Positions 19,901 through 31,042 of a DNA stretch of 64,000 nucleotides are shown here, piece after piece. The stretch lies in NCBI GenBank assembly GCA_036676245.1, contig JAKFDH010000138.1:44391-108390 (forward strand). The letters are read 5' to 3'. The translations under genes were made by a program, and so were the position numbers. Within the stretch, counting starts at the first letter, position 1; each line of letters starts with the position of its first letter. The DNA comes from Massilia sp. (lineage in GTDB: Bacteria > Pseudomonadota > Gammaproteobacteria > Burkholderiales > Burkholderiaceae_D). Under the pieces are notes generated by a model. The model was not told the DNA's origin. It made no database searches and was given only the letters and a program-made list of their open reading frames with translations.

Positions 19901-20734
19901 ATGCCAGAATTGCCAGAAGTCGAAGTTACCCGGCGCGGCGTCGCTCCTTACCTCGAAGGAAGGATCGTCGACAGCGTGCTGATGCGCCGCGAAGGCCTGC
20001 GCTGGCCCTTCCCGGCCGGCCTGGGCGCGATCCTGGCCGGACGGCGCATCACCCACACCGGACGGCGCGGCAAGTACCTGCTGATCGGGTTCGAGCACGG
20101 CACGCTGATCATCCACCTCGGCATGTCGGGCCACCTGCGGGTGCTGCCGCCCGGCACCGCCGCACGCACCCACGACCATTTCGACCTGGTGGTGCGCGAC
20201 GGGGCGGCGCGCCAGGTGCTGCGCCTGCACGATCCGCGCCGCTTCGGCGCCGTGCTGTGGCACGCCAACGACGATGGCGCGCTCGGCGCGCACCCGCTGC
20301 TGCGCGGCCTCGGCGTCGAACCGCTCGCGGAAGGCTTCGACGGCGCCCTGCTGTACCGCGCCACCCGCAAGCGCAGCGCGCCGATCAAGCAGGTGCTGCT
20401 GGCGGGCGACATCGTGGTCGGCGTGGGCAACATCTATGCCTGCGAAAGCCTGTTCCAGGCCGGGATCAACCCGAAGACGCCGGCCAGCCGCATCGGGCCT
20501 GGCCGTTATGACAAGCTTGCCGACGCCATCCGCAGCATCCTGGCGGCGGCGATCGTGCAGGGAGGCAGCACTTTGCGCGATTTTATTGCCGTAAACGGCC
20601 AATCGGGCTACTTCCAGCAGACGTATTTCGTCTATGATCGTGCTGGAGTGCCTTGCAGAAACTGTGGATCGCCGATCCGCCTGTTGAAGCAGGGTCAACG
20701 CTCGACTTTTTATTGTGTACGTTGTCAGACATGA
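19901..20734 (+). CDS. mutM: Formamidopyrimidine-DNA glycosylase (Fpg)
   Basis: [24 protein letters not shown]-terminal zinc finger CRNC...CVRC. Confidence 0.97.
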   Translation: MPELPEVEVTRRGVAPYLEGRIVDSVLMRREGLRWPFPAGLGAILAGRRITHTGRRGKYLLIGFEHGTLIIHLGMSGHLRVLPPGTAARTHDHFDLVVRDGAARQVLRLHDPRRFGAVLWHANDDGALGAHPLLRGLGVEPLAEGFDGALLYRATRKRSAPIKQVLLAGDIVVGVGNIYACESLFQAGINPKTPASRIGPGRYDKLADAIRSILAAAIVQGGSTLRDFIAVNGQSGYFQQTYFVYDRAGVPCRNCGSPIRLLKQGQRSTFYCVRCQT

Positions 20735-20756
20735 GTGCGAGGCGCAAGTGAGCAAA

Positions 20757-22682
20757 ATGGTGCAGGATTTCGAACAATACAGCGCATGGCGCCAGCGCGT
20801 CGTGGCGACCCTCGAGGGTTACCAGGCCTGGGTCAATGCCGCCGAACTGACCGATGGCGCCACCGAGCAGCGCATCGCGCGCGCGCTGGCGCGCCTGTCC
20901 GACGACAAACTGTCGGTCGCGTTCGTCGCCGAGTTTTCGCGCGGCAAGTCCGAACTGATCAACGCCCTGTTCTTCGCCGATTACGGCCAGCGCATCCTGC
21001 CGTCGGCCGCCGGGCGCACCACCATGTGCCCGACCGAACTGATGTACGACGCGGCCTACCCGCCCTGCATCCGCCTGCTGCCGATCGAAACCCGGGCCGA
21101 CAACCTGTCGACCAGCGACTACCGCGACGACGCTTCGGCCTGGACCGTGCTGCCGCTCGACCTCAACGCCGGCGACGCCATGTCCGAGACCTTCAAGCAG
21201 GTCAGCCTGACCAAGCACGTGCCGGTCAGCCTGGCCAAGAGCTACGGCCTGTACGACGAGACCGATCCCGACATCGCCGCCACGCTGGACGACGACGGCC
21301 TGGTCGAGATTTCGCTGTGGCGCCACGCGATCATCAACTTCCCGCACCCGCTGCTCAAGCAGGGCCTGGTGATCCTCGACACCCCGGGCCTGAACGCGAT
21401 CGGCACCGAGCCCGAGCTGACGCTGAACCTGATTCCGAACGCGCACGCGGTGCTGTTCATCCTGGCCGCCGAAACCGGCGTGACCAAGAGCGACATCGAA
21501 GTCTGGCGCACCCACATCGGCCCCGGCAGCGGCCGCATCGTCGTGCTCAACAAGATCGACGCCATGTGGGACGAGCTCAAGTCCGAGGCCGAGAACGAGG
21601 CCGAGATCGAGCGCCAGCAGCACAGCGTGGCCCACCTGCTCGCGCTCGAACCGCGCCAGGTGTACCCGGTGTCGGCCCAGAAGGCGCTGGTCGGCAAGAT
21701 CAACGGCGACACCGCCCTGCTCGAGAAGAGCCGCCTGGGCGCGCTCGAGGCGGCCCTGTTCAATGAACTGATTCCGGCCAAGCAGGAAATCATCCGCAAG
21801 CAGCTGTCGGACGACCTGGGCGCGCTGGTGCAGGCGCAGCAGTCGATGATCAACGCGCGCATCCGCGACATCGTCGAGCAGATGCAGGAGCTCAAGAGCC
21901 TGCGCGGCAAGAACCAGAACGTGATCGCGCACATGATGCGCCGCATCGACGTCGAGAAGAAGGAATTCGACACCAGCCTGTTCAAGCTGCAGGGCACGCG
22001 CGCCGTGTTCGCGCGCCTGTCGACCGAGCTGTACACGACGATGGGCATGGACGTGATCCAGGGCCGCATCAACCACGTGCGCGACGCGATGCAGGAGAGC
22101 CGCTTCGGCGTCGGCGTGCGCGGCCCGGTCAAGGCATTCTTCGACGAGGCGCGCGCCAGCATCGCGCTGTCGAACGAGAAGGTCGGCGAGATCAGCGAGA
22201 TGATGCACAGCATGTACCGCAAGTTCGCCTCCGAGCACGGGCTGACCCTGAACATCCCGATGAACTTCACGCTCAACAAATACCGCGCCGAGATCGACGC
22301 CATCGAGGACGTCTACCTGAAGCAGTTCGGCACCACCACCCTGCTGATCACCAGCCGCGGCGTGATCATGGAGCGCTTCTTCGACTCGATCGCCTCGCGC
22401 GTGCGGCGCAGCTTCCGCGCCGCCAACGCCGACGTCGACGCCTGGCTGAAGGTGATCATGGCCCCGCTCGAGGCCCAGATCCGCCAGCACAAGGAGCAGC
22501 TCAAGCACCGGCTGGCCTCGATCCAGCGCATCCACGACGCCACCGACAGCCTCGAGAGCAAGATCGAATCGTTCGAAAGCAGCCAGGCCGCGCTCGAGAA
22601 GGTCAAGAAGCGCCTCGACGAACTGGCCGGCGCGGTGTCGCAGGCGATGGGCGAACGGGCGGCGCTGGAAGCGGCCGCGTGA
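20757..22682 (+). CDS. Bacterial dynamin-like GTPase (Dynamin_N family)
   Basis: G1 AEFSRGKS, G2 RTTMCP, G3 DTPG, G4 NKID; long helical/coiled-coil C-terminus. Confidence 0.85.
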   Translation: MVQDFEQYSAWRQRVVATLEGYQAWVNAAELTDGATEQRIARALARLSDDKLSVAFVAEFSRGKSELINALFFADYGQRILPSAAGRTTMCPTELMYDAAYPPCIRLLPIETRADNLSTSDYRDDASAWTVLPLDLNAGDAMSETFKQVSLTKHVPVSLAKSYGLYDETDPDIAATLDDDGLVEISLWRHAIINFPHPLLKQGLVILDTPGLNAIGTEPELTLNLIPNAHAVLFILAAETGVTKSDIEVWRTHIGPGSGRIVVLNKIDAMWDELKSEAENEAEIERQQHSVAHLLALEPRQVYPVSAQKALVGKINGDTALLEKSRLGALEAALFNELIPAKQEIIRKQLSDDLGALVQAQQSMINARIRDIVEQMQELKSLRGKNQNVIAHMMRRIDVEKKEFDTSLFKLQGTRAVFARLSTELYTTMGMDVIQGRINHVRDAMQESRFGVGVRGPVKAFFDEARASIALSNEKVGEISEMMHSMYRKFASEHGLTLNIPMNFTLNKYRAEIDAIEDVYLKQFGTTTLLITSRGVIMERFFDSIASRVRRSFRAANADVDAWLKVIMAPLEAQIRQHKEQLKHRLASIQRIHDATDSLESKIESFESSQAALEKVKKRLDELAGAVSQAMGERAALEAAA

Positions 22683-23785
22683 AGCGAAGCGCAGCTCCGG
22701 GCAGCGCGCCCGTGCAGGAAGACCCCGGCTTTTCCGCCGCCGTCATCGCATGGCAGGCAAGCCACGGCCGCCACGCGCTGCCGTGGCAGAACACGACGGA
22801 TGCCTACCGCATCTGGCTGTCCGAGATCATGCTGCAGCAGACCCAGGTCGCCGCCGTGCTGGCCTATTACGCGCGCTTCCTCGAACGCTTCCCGACCCTG
22901 GCATCGCTGGCCGCCGCGCCCTCCGAGGATGTCATGGCGCTGTGGAGCGGTCTTGGCTACTACACGCGGGCGCGCAACCTGCACGCCTGCGCCAGGCGCG
23001 TGATGGACGAATACGGCGGCCAGTTCCCGGCCGATCCGGCCCTGCTGGCCGGCCTGCCCGGCATCGGGCGCTCGACGGCGGCCGCGATCGCGGCCTTTTC
23101 GAGCGGGGCCCGCGCCGCCATTTTGGACGGCAACGTCAAGCGCGTGTTCGCGCGCGTGTTCGGGATCGACGCCTATCCGGGCGAGAAGCGGGTCGAGGAT
23201 GCGCTGTGGCTGCGCGCCGAGGCGCTGCTGCCGGAGCAAGGGATCGAAGCGTACACGCAGGGGCTGATGGACCTGGGCGCGACGCTGTGCACGCGCAGCA
23301 GTCCGGACTGCCAGCGCTGCCCGCTGCGGGCGCGCTGCGTGGCCTTCGCGACCGGGCGCACGGCCGAACTGCCGGTGCGCAAACCGAAGAAGGCGACGCC
23401 GGAAAAGCAGGCGGTGATGCTGGCCGTCGTGCACCGCGGGCAGGTGCTGCTCGAGCAGCGCGCCGGCAGCGGCATCTGGGGCGGGCTGCTGTCGCTGCCG
23501 GAAGTCGACGGCCACCAGGCGGTCGCCGAAGGCGCGCACGACGCCGACAGCGCGGCGCGCGCGGCGCAGGCGTTCGGCGTGGTCGAAGAGACCGAGGCGC
23601 TGCTGCCGCTGGTGCACGGGTTCACGCACTACAAGCTGCACATCGCGCCGTACAAGGTGACCTTGTCCGAGCGGGCGGCGGGCGAGCATGTGTGGTGGGA
23701 GCTGGCCGACATCGGCGCGGCGCCGCTGCCGGCGCCGGTCAAGAAGCTGCTGCTGGAGCTGGCGCGGCCAACGCTGTTCGCATGA
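22679..23785 (+). CDS. mutY: A/G-specific adenine glycosylase
   Basis: LPWQ, WLSEIMLQQT, WSGLGYY, LPGIGRSTA, DGNVKRV, Fe-S motif CTRSSPDCQRCPLRARC; start uncertain (GTGA overlap). Confidence 0.96.
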   Translation: MKRSAAPGSAPVQEDPGFSAAVIAWQASHGRHALPWQNTTDAYRIWLSEIMLQQTQVAAVLAYYARFLERFPTLASLAAAPSEDVMALWSGLGYYTRARNLHACARRVMDEYGGQFPADPALLAGLPGIGRSTAAAIAAFSSGARAAILDGNVKRVFARVFGIDAYPGEKRVEDALWLRAEALLPEQGIEAYTQGLMDLGATLCTRSSPDCQRCPLRARCVAFATGRTAELPVRKPKKATPEKQAVMLAVVHRGQVLLEQRAGSGIWGGLLSLPEVDGHQAVAEGAHDADSAARAAQAFGVVEETEALLPLVHGFTHYKLHIAPYKVTLSERAAGEHVWWELADIGAAPLPAPVKKLLLELARPTLFA

Positions 23786-23800
23786 GCCGACACGGCGCGT

Positions 23801-23914
23801 GGTGGGTAGCGGCCTAGGCGGCCCCCTTATCACCCACCCTACCATCCATTTACGGCCCGGGGCACAACGAGTGGGTAGGGTGGGTGAGCGGAGCGCTACC
23901 CACCATGAGCCGCC
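23801..23914. repeat. GTAG-type REP doublet (family A)
   Basis: Inverted unit 23801-23842 and GTAGGGTGGGTGAGCGGAGCGCTACCCACC at 23875-23904, between convergent mutY and dgt; nearly identical to units at 46469-46548. Confidence 0.8.
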
Positions 23915-23919
23915 ACTGA

Positions 23920-25056
23920 CTACAACTCTTCCAGCGAAAATATGCGCCGGTGCTCGCGAATCGCATACCGGTCGGTCATCCCGGCGATGTAATCGGCCAC
24001 CTTGCGCACCTGGTCCCCGGCGCCGGCCCCGGCCAGCTGGTAATCGGGCGGCAGCAGCGCCGGTTCCTCCGTGAATGCCTGGTACAGCTCGCGCACGATG
24101 CGGCTGGCCTTGACCCGCATCCGGTTCACCTTGTAGTGCCGGTACAGGTTCTGGCGCAGGAAACGCTTCAGTTCCGTCGCATCCTTGCGCATCGGGTCCG
24201 AGAAGCGAATCAGCGGGCCGCTGGCGCGTACCGCGTCGACATCGGCCGGCGCCGCTTCCCGCAGCAGCGCGCCGGAGGTGGCGATCAGGTCGTCGGCCAG
24301 CGCCGTGATCAGGCGGCGCAGGGTTTCGTAGATCGCGCGCCGTCCCGACAGCCCCGGATACGCGGCCTGCACCTCGCGCCACAGGCGCGCGAAGAACTCG
24401 ACTTCCTCCAGCTGCGCGATCGTGATCAGCCCCGAACGCAGGCCGTCGTCGATGTCGTGGCTGTTGTACGCGATTTCGTCGGCCAGGTTGGTCAGCTGCG
24501 CCTCCAGGGTCGGCTGGCTGCGGTCGATGAAGCGCTGCGCCACCGGCCCCAGCTCCCTGGCATTGGCCAGCGAGCAGTGCTTGAGGATGCCCTCGCGCGT
24601 CTCGAACGTCAGGTTCAGGCCGTCGAAGGCGCCGTAATGCTCTTCCAGCTGGTCGACCACGCGCAGGCTCTGCAGGTTGTGCTCGAAGCCGCCGAAGCCC
24701 TGCATGCATTCGTTGAGCACATCCTGGCCCACGTGGCCGAACGGCGTGTGGCCGAGGTCGTGCGCCAGCGCGATCGCCTCGACCAGGTCTTCGTTCAGGC
24801 GCAGGTTGCGCGCCAGCGAACGGCCGATCTGCGCCACTTCCAGGCTGTGCGTGAGCCGGGTGCGGAACATGTCGCCCTCGTGGTTGAGGAATACCTGGGT
24901 CTTGTACTCGAGCCGGCGGAAGGCCGAGCAGTGGATGATGCGGTCGCGGTCGCGCTGGTACTCGCTGCGCGAGGCGTGCGGCGTCTCGCCGTAGCGGCGC
25001 CCGCGGCCCGACTTCGATTGCGCCGCGTACGGCGCGAGGTGGTCTTCCGGGAGCAT
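23920..25056 (-). CDS. dgt: Deoxyguanosinetriphosphate triphosphohydrolase
   Basis: [50 protein letters not shown]. Confidence 0.95.
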   Translation of the reverse strand: MLPEDHLAPYAAQSKSGRGRRYGETPHASRSEYQRDRDRIIHCSAFRRLEYKTQVFLNHEGDMFRTRLTHSLEVAQIGRSLARNLRLNEDLVEAIALAHDLGHTPFGHVGQDVLNECMQGFGGFEHNLQSLRVVDQLEEHYGAFDGLNLTFETREGILKHCSLANARELGPVAQRFIDRSQPTLEAQLTNLADEIAYNSHDIDDGLRSGLITIAQLEEVEFFARLWREVQAAYPGLSGRRAIYETLRRLITALADDLIATSGALLREAAPADVDAVRASGPLIRFSDPMRKDATELKRFLRQNLYRHYKVNRMRVKASRIVRELYQAFTEEPALLPPDYQLAGAGAGDQVRKVADYIAGMTDRYAIREHRRIFSLEEL

Positions 25057-25060
25057 GGCG

Positions 25061-26716
25061 TCAGGCCGTGCAGGCCGCCAGCGTGGCCAGCAGCTGTTCC
25101 TGCGGCGCGGTCGTGATGCTCGGACGCCCCAGCGGCTTCATCAAAATGAACTTGATCGCGCCGCCCTCGTTCTTCTTGTCCACTTCCATCAGTTCGAGCC
25201 AGCGCGCCGCGCCCAGGTCGGGCGCCTTGACCGGCAGCCCGGCCGCTTCCACCAGCGCGCGCATGCGCGCCACGGTGGCCGCGTCGACCAGGCCGAGGCG
25301 GTGCGACAGGTCGGCCGCCATCACCATGCCGCAACCGACCGCTTCGCCGTGCAGCCAGGCGCCATAGCCCATGCCCGCCTCGATCGCGTGGCCGAAGGTG
25401 TGGCCGAAATTGAGGATGGCGCGCAGGCCGCCTTCGCGCTCGTCCTGGCGCACCACGTCGGCCTTGATTTCGCAGGAACGGCGGATCGCATAGGCCAGCG
25501 CGGCCGGCTCGCGCGCCATCAGGGCGCCGATGTTCGTTTCGATCCAGCCGAAGAAATCGGCGTCGATGATGGCGCCGTGCTTGATCACTTCGGCCAGGCC
25601 GGCCGACAGTTCGCGCGCCGGCAGCGTCGACAGGCTGGCGGTATCGGCCACCACCGCCTGCGGCTGGTAAAAGGCGCCGATCATGTTCTTGCCGAGCGGG
25701 TGGTTGATGCCGGTCTTGCCGCCGACCGAGGAATCGACCTGCGACAGCAAGGTCGTCGGCACCTGGATGAAGGGCACGCCGCGCATGTAGCTGGCCGCCG
25801 CGTAGCCGCACAGGTCGCCGATGACGCCGCCGCCGAGGGCGACCATGGTCACCTTGCGGTCGCATTTATTGGCCAGCAAGGCGTCGAACACCTGCATCAG
25901 GCTATCGAAGGTCTTGTACTGCTCGCCGTCGGGCAGCACGATGGAAATGACTTCGCGCCCGGCCGCGCGCAGCGGCGCGGCCACCTGCTCGAGGTAGAGC
26001 GGGGCCACGGTGGTGTTGCTGACGATGGCGACCTGGCGCCCCTTGACATGGCGCGCCAGCAGTTCGGGCTGGCCGAGGAGGCCGGCGCCGATCGCGATCG
26101 GATAGCTGCGTTCGCCCAGGTCGACGTTCAGGAATGTGGTGTCTGCTTGGTTCATCGTTACGTTTGGCTCTGTGCTGGACAGCGGCGCAGGACTGGATCG
26201 CTCCAGCGCGGCCAGCTGCACAAGGATGGTCTGAACCATCGATTGTACGTTAGGTCGGCCGGTATCGATGACGAGGTCCGCGATTTCGCGGTACAGCGGT
26301 TCGCGCTGGGCGGTCAATTCTTCGAGTTTCTTGCGCGGATCGGCCGTCTGCAGCAGGGGCCGGTTCTTGTCGTGCGAAGTGCGCACCAGGATGCTGGCGA
26401 CGTTCGCGCGCAGGTAGATGACGCTGCCGGACGCCTTCAGGCAGGCGCGGTTTTCCGCGCTCAGCACGGCGCCGCCGCCGGTCGCCAGCACCAGGCCCTG
26501 CTGTGCGCTGAGGTCGCGGATGACTTCCGCCTCGCGCCGGCGGAAACTCTGCTCGCCCTCGATTTCGAAGATCCACGGAATCGAGGCCCCGGTGCGGGCC
26601 TCGATCTCGTGGTCGGAATCGACAAAGCGCATGCCCAGCTTCCTGGCAAGGATGCGGCCGATGGTGGTCTTGCCCGCCCCCATCAGCCCTACCAGGATGA
26701 TGTTTGCCTGTCTCAA
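25061..26716 (-). CDS. aroKB: Bifunctional shikimate kinase / 3-dehydroquinate synthase (fusion)
   Basis: AroK ([16 protein letters not shown]) in frame with AroB ([36 protein letters not shown]); TTG start overlaps the upstream stop. Confidence 0.93.
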   Translation of the reverse strand: MRQANIILVGLMGAGKTTIGRILARKLGMRFVDSDHEIEARTGASIPWIFEIEGEQSFRRREAEVIRDLSAQQGLVLATGGGAVLSAENRACLKASGSVIYLRANVASILVRTSHDKNRPLLQTADPRKKLEELTAQREPLYREIADLVIDTGRPNVQSMVQTILVQLAALERSSPAPLSSTEPNVTMNQADTTFLNVDLGERSYPIAIGAGLLGQPELLARHVKGRQVAIVSNTTVAPLYLEQVAAPLRAAGREVISIVLPDGEQYKTFDSLMQVFDALLANKCDRKVTMVALGGGVIGDLCGYAAASYMRGVPFIQVPTTLLSQVDSSVGGKTGINHPLGKNMIGAFYQPQAVVADTASLSTLPARELSAGLAEVIKHGAIIDADFFGWIETNIGALMAREPAALAYAIRRSCEIKADVVRQDEREGGLRAILNFGHTFGHAIEAGMGYGAWLHGEAVGCGMVMAADLSHRLGLVDAATVARMRALVEAAGLPVKAPDLGAARWLELMEVDKKNEGGAIKFILMKPLGRPSITTAPQEQLLATLAACTA

Positions 26717-28815
26717 GTGGTCTTGAACCTGAAAAGATAGGTGCTGTCGCCTTTCGGGCTCTTCACCGAGATCGAGAAGATCCCGCTGGCGCAGCCGCTG
26801 TCGGGTTTGATGGTCACGCTGTGGAAGGTGCCGCCGATCGAGGTACTCGAACCGACCAGGTTCGGGCTGACCGTCAGCGCCGATACCTTGTCCACATCCG
26901 CGGTGCCGACAATCGTGCCTTTTGGCAGCGGATTGTTGTTCACATCATGGAGGCGGAAATACACGTCCTTGTTGCCGCAGCCGCTGCCCGCGACGCCCGC
27001 CAGCACGTCGGCCGCCGAACCGTCGGCGGCCGGGTTCCAGTCGGCGCCGGCGGCGTTGACGCGCACCAGGGTCGGCACCGAACCGCTGAAGACGAACTCG
27101 GCGGACGCGGAAATATAGTTCAGGCCCCATTTGCCGTTGCCGGCCGCGCTGTAGGTGGTGTTGTACGGGAAGGGCTGGTCGCCCAGCGCGGGGTTGTAGC
27201 TGCCGTCGAGGCCATGCTTCTTGGCCGGCTGGCCCATGTAGATGGTCGAGTCGCCGGTATCGAGGTAGGGATCGCCCTGGTCGGTGAACGGTTCGCCACC
27301 GCTGTTGCAAACGTCGACCAGCGGACGGTATGCCGTGCTGCCGTTGGCGCTGGTGAAGTCGGTGCAGCTGTACTGGCCGTCGCCGTTCGAATCGATGAAG
27401 TTCTCGATCCCCTGGACATAGGCCAGCACCGTCACCCGGCCGTTCGCCGGACGGAAGTTCTGGCTCTTGAGCTTGACCGAGCAACCGCCATCGCTGGTGG
27501 TGCAGGCGCCCTGCAGCGAGCTGCCGACGGCGCCGCCTTCGGTGACGAAGTTGACCGCGGTGCCGTTCGAAATCGGATTGCCGTACTGGTCGGCCAGGCG
27601 CACCGTCAGCGACGCCTCCTCGCCGTCGCGGTCCCAGCCTTCGAAGTTATAGCTGTCGGCGCTGAGCGACAGCGATTTCTGGATCGGCAGGCCGGTCGAA
27701 ATGATCAGCGAATCGGACAGCCCGCTGATCGTCACGCCGTTGCGCGTCGCTTCGGCGAACACGCGCACCGGGGTCGGGATGGTGCCCGACGACACGGTCG
27801 TGGTGACGTTGCCGCTGGCATCGGTGGTGCCCTTGGCCGGCGCCACGGTCAGGCCGCCGATGGTGGTGGTGGCCTTGAAGGTCACGTCCACGCCGGCCAG
27901 GCCGTTGTTGTTCTGGTCGATGACGCGGAAGGTCACCAGCGCCGCCTCCTTGCGGCCCTGGCCGCCCGAGCCCTTGAGGACGATCGAGGTGCCGCTCAGG
28001 TCGGTGCCGACGAACTGGATGGTGCCGATGTTGGCCGCGTCGACGCCCAGGGAAATGGTCTGCGAGGAGTTGCCGATCGAAACGGTGATGCTGTCGCTGC
28101 CGCGCAGGCAGCCCTTGTTGGTGTAGGTGGCCGTCAGCACGCCGTTGGCCAGGCTGCCCTTGACCAGGGTCGCGGTGCCGTCGCCGACGCACAGCGAGGT
28201 CATGACTTCGCCGGTGACGCTGGTGGCCGCCACGCCGCCGCTGGTGACCGGGATGTTCAGCTGAACCGTGCTGAAGGCCGGCAGCTTGCCGGACGGGGTC
28301 GGGGTGAAGAACAGCGTGCCGACGGTCAGCGGGGCCGCGCCGACGGCGACATTGACGGTCGCGGTGAGGGTCTGGGTGCCGACCGGCGCCGTGGCGGTGA
28401 TCGACGCCGCGCCGGCCGCGGTGACGCTGGCCGGGGCCACGCTGATCACGGCCACGCCCTTGTCGTCGGTCAGCGCAGTCGCCGAAGCCGGCTTAAAGAC
28501 CAGCAAATCGGCGGCGCTGGTGGTAAACGACACGATGGCGCCGACCGCCGGCTTGCCGGTGGCGTCGGTCAGCGTGACCTTGACGGTGCCGGTCTGGCCG
28601 CCGGACAGGGTGGTGATCGCCACGCCCGCGCCGTCGCTGACCGTCATGGTCGCTTTCGCCGTGTTGGCGCTGCCGCCGGTGCCGCCGGTGCCGCCCGTGA
28701 CCGTGCCCGGCGAGCCGCCGCCGCCGCCGCAGGCGGACAAGGCCAGCGCCAGCGTGGCGCCGATGATCAGTTGCAGCAAATTCGCCCCAACGTGGTGTTT
28801 AACATTCTGCAGCAT
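26713..28815 (-). CDS. Lipoprotein with bacterial Ig-like (invasin/Big_1-type) domains
   Basis: Lipobox LSAC then a Gly/Thr linker; repeated beta-rich units ([49 protein letters not shown]); DSNGDGQY loop. Confidence 0.8.
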   Translation of the reverse strand: MLQNVKHHVGANLLQLIIGATLALALSACGGGGGSPGTVTGGTGGTGGSANTAKATMTVSDGAGVAITTLSGGQTGTVKVTLTDATGKPAVGAIVSFTTSAADLLVFKPASATALTDDKGVAVISVAPASVTAAGAASITATAPVGTQTLTATVNVAVGAAPLTVGTLFFTPTPSGKLPAFSTVQLNIPVTSGGVAATSVTGEVMTSLCVGDGTATLVKGSLANGVLTATYTNKGCLRGSDSITVSIGNSSQTISLGVDAANIGTIQFVGTDLSGTSIVLKGSGGQGRKEAALVTFRVIDQNNNGLAGVDVTFKATTTIGGLTVAPAKGTTDASGNVTTTVSSGTIPTPVRVFAEATRNGVTISGLSDSLIISTGLPIQKSLSLSADSYNFEGWDRDGEEASLTVRLADQYGNPISNGTAVNFVTEGGAVGSSLQGACTTSDGGCSVKLKSQNFRPANGRVTVLAYVQGIENFIDSNGDGQYSCTDFTSANGSTAYRPLVDVCNSGGEPFTDQGDPYLDTGDSTIYMGQPAKKHGLDGSYNPALGDQPFPYNTTYSAAGNGKWGLNYISASAEFVFSGSVPTLVRVNAAGADWNPAADGSAADVLAGVAGSGCGNKDVYFRLHDVNNNPLPKGTIVGTADVDKVSALTVSPNLVGSSTSIGGTFHSVTIKPDSGCASGIFSISVKSPKGDSTYLFRFKTT

Positions 28816-28864
28816 GATGTTGTCCTGATGGTAATAGTGTAGGTCAGTGCGGGCGGCGGCCAAT

Positions 28865-31042
28865 TCAGCGGTTCGTCAGGCGGTCCGCAACGATCTTCGG
28901 CGTGATGAACACCAGCAGCTCGGTCTTCTGGCTGGAGCGGCCCTTGCTCTTGAACAGGTAGCCGACCACCGGCAGGTCGCCCAGCAGCGGGACCTTGGTC
29001 TCGGTGTTCGTTTCCGTCTGCTGGAAAATGCCGCCCAGCACCACGGTGCCGCCGTTTTCGACCATCACCTTGGTTTTCACGTGCTGGGTGTTGATCGCGA
29101 AGCCGGCGCGCGTTTCCTCGCCCTTCGAGTCCTTGTTGACGTCGACGTCGAGCACGACGTTGCCGTCCGGCGTGATCTGCGGCGTCACTTCGAGGCGCAG
29201 GTTGGCCTTCTTGAAGGTGATCGAGGTCGCGCCGCTGCTGGTGGCGACCTGGTACGGCAATTCGATACCCTGCTCGATGACCGCGATCATCTTGTCTTCG
29301 GTCAGCACGCGCGGGTTCGAGATGATCTTGCCCTTGCCGTCCGCTTCCAGCGCCGACAGTTCCAGGTTCAGGAAGCGGTTGGCCGCGGCCGAGAACAGGC
29401 TGAAGGCCAGCGTGGCAGGCGGAATCGAGCCGATCGCGGCGGCCGGCAAATTGACGAACTGGGTGTTGGTGTAGCCGTCGCCGGTGTCCGGGGTCTGGCC
29501 GGTGACCTGGCCCACGCCGGTCATGTTGCCGCCGATCGCGGCGCGCTGGTTGCCGTTGAGCTGGTAGCCGGCATCGCCGCCGCGGAAGCCGCGCAGGTCG
29601 GCGAAGCCGAGCTTGGCGCCGAGGTTGCGCGAGAAGCCGTCGTTCGCTTCGACCAGGCGCGCTTCGATCAGCACCTGGCGCGAGGCGACGTCGGTCTTCA
29701 TGATCAGCTTGCGGATATCCTCGATCTTGGACGCGATGTCGGTCACGAACACCTGGTTGGTGCGCGGATCGATGATCGCGCTGCCGCGCTTGGACAGCAC
29801 CCGGTTCTTCTCCGGGCCGGTGGCGGCGGCGGAGGCCGCATCGAGGCCGAACACGGTGCGGAAGGATTCGGCTTTCTGGTAGTTCAGCTGGAACACTTCC
29901 GAGCGCAGCGGCTCGAGGTCGGAAATCTGGGCGCGCTGTTCGAGCTCGAGCTTTTCCTTGGTCAGCAGCTCATCCTTGGGCGCGATCCACAGCACGGTGC
30001 CGTTCTTGCGCATGTCCAGGCCCTTGGCGCGCAGCACCACGTCGAGCGCCTGGTCCCACGGAATATCCTTCAGGCGCATCGTCAGGTTGCCGCTGACCGA
30101 TTCGCTGGTGATGATGTTCAGGCCCGAGATGTCGGCGATCGCCTGCAGCGCGGCGCGCACTTCCACGTTCTGGAAGTTGAACGACAGCTTCTCGCCGCGG
30201 TAGCCCTGGGTGCCCTGGGTCAGGCGGTTCGGGTCTTCCTTGATCGGCTTGACGTCGATCACGAGCTGGGTGTCGCTCTGGTACACGGTCTGTTCCCACA
30301 GGCCGCGCGCCTCGATCGTCATGCGCACATTGTCGCCTTGCGGGACGGTGGTGATCATGCTGACCGGGGTGCCGAAGTCGGTGGCGTCGATGCGGCGGCG
30401 CAGCGTTTCCGGCAAGCCGGTCTTCATGAAATCGACCAGCACGGTATTGCCGACCTGGCGCACGTCGACCGCGACCTGGTTGTTGGGCAGGTCGACCACG
30501 ACCCGGCCCTCGCCATTGGCGCCGCGGCGGAAATCGAGGTCGCGCAGCATCTGCCTTACCGCGGGCTGCGGCGGCGCCGCGGCGGCGATCGGCAAGCCAC
30601 TGCGGTCGACCGCCTGGGCCACGCCGCCCGAGCCTTCAATCGTCACCACGATCGAGTTGCCGTCGATCGCGGTGGCATAGTTGAGCGGGCGGCGCAGGTG
30701 CAGCACGGCGCGCGTGCGGCCGTCGACCTGGACCAGGTTCAGCGCGCGCACGTCGCCCACGTTCAGCTCCTGGCTGGTCTTGCCGGTGGCATTGCTGGTG
30801 GCGCCGAAATCGAGCGCGATGCGGGTCGGATTGGTGATCGAGAAACCGATCGGCAGCTTGGCCGGCGGGTTCTTCATCGCGATATTGACGATCACGTTCG
30901 ACCCTTGCTGGTTGGCCGTGATCGATTCGATCGCATTGTCCTGCGCCATGGCGGCTGGTGCGCCGATGGCCATCGCCAGCAGCATTCCCAGGCGCGTCAC
31001 CAGGCCCGACAGGGTGGTGCCGTTCATTCTCAGTGCGATCAT
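28865..31042 (-). CDS. pilQ: Type IV pilus secretin PilQ
   Basis: ATG at 31042; AMIN-like N-terminus, YRGEKLSFNFQ, PWDQALD, QVLIEARLVE, VPLLGDLPVVGYLF, ELLVFITPKI. Confidence 0.96.
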   Translation of the reverse strand: MIALRMNGTTLSGLVTRLGMLLAMAIGAPAAMAQDNAIESITANQQGSNVIVNIAMKNPPAKLPIGFSITNPTRIALDFGATSNATGKTSQELNVGDVRALNLVQVDGRTRAVLHLRRPLNYATAIDGNSIVVTIEGSGGVAQAVDRSGLPIAAAAPPQPAVRQMLRDLDFRRGANGEGRVVVDLPNNQVAVDVRQVGNTVLVDFMKTGLPETLRRRIDATDFGTPVSMITTVPQGDNVRMTIEARGLWEQTVYQSDTQLVIDVKPIKEDPNRLTQGTQGYRGEKLSFNFQNVEVRAALQAIADISGLNIITSESVSGNLTMRLKDIPWDQALDVVLRAKGLDMRKNGTVLWIAPKDELLTKEKLELEQRAQISDLEPLRSEVFQLNYQKAESFRTVFGLDAASAAATGPEKNRVLSKRGSAIIDPRTNQVFVTDIASKIEDIRKLIMKTDVASRQVLIEARLVEANDGFSRNLGAKLGFADLRGFRGGDAGYQLNGNQRAAIGGNMTGVGQVTGQTPDTGDGYTNTQFVNLPAAAIGSIPPATLAFSLFSAAANRFLNLELSALEADGKGKIISNPRVLTEDKMIAVIEQGIELPYQVATSSGATSITFKKANLRLEVTPQITPDGNVVLDVDVNKDSKGEETRAGFAINTQHVKTKVMVENGGTVVLGGIFQQTETNTETKVPLLGDLPVVGYLFKSKGRSSQKTELLVFITPKIVADRLTNR

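Noticed and set aside
23920-25056. dGTPase as an anti-phage gene
   Set aside because: It sits in the usual housekeeping position after aroB with host-like composition
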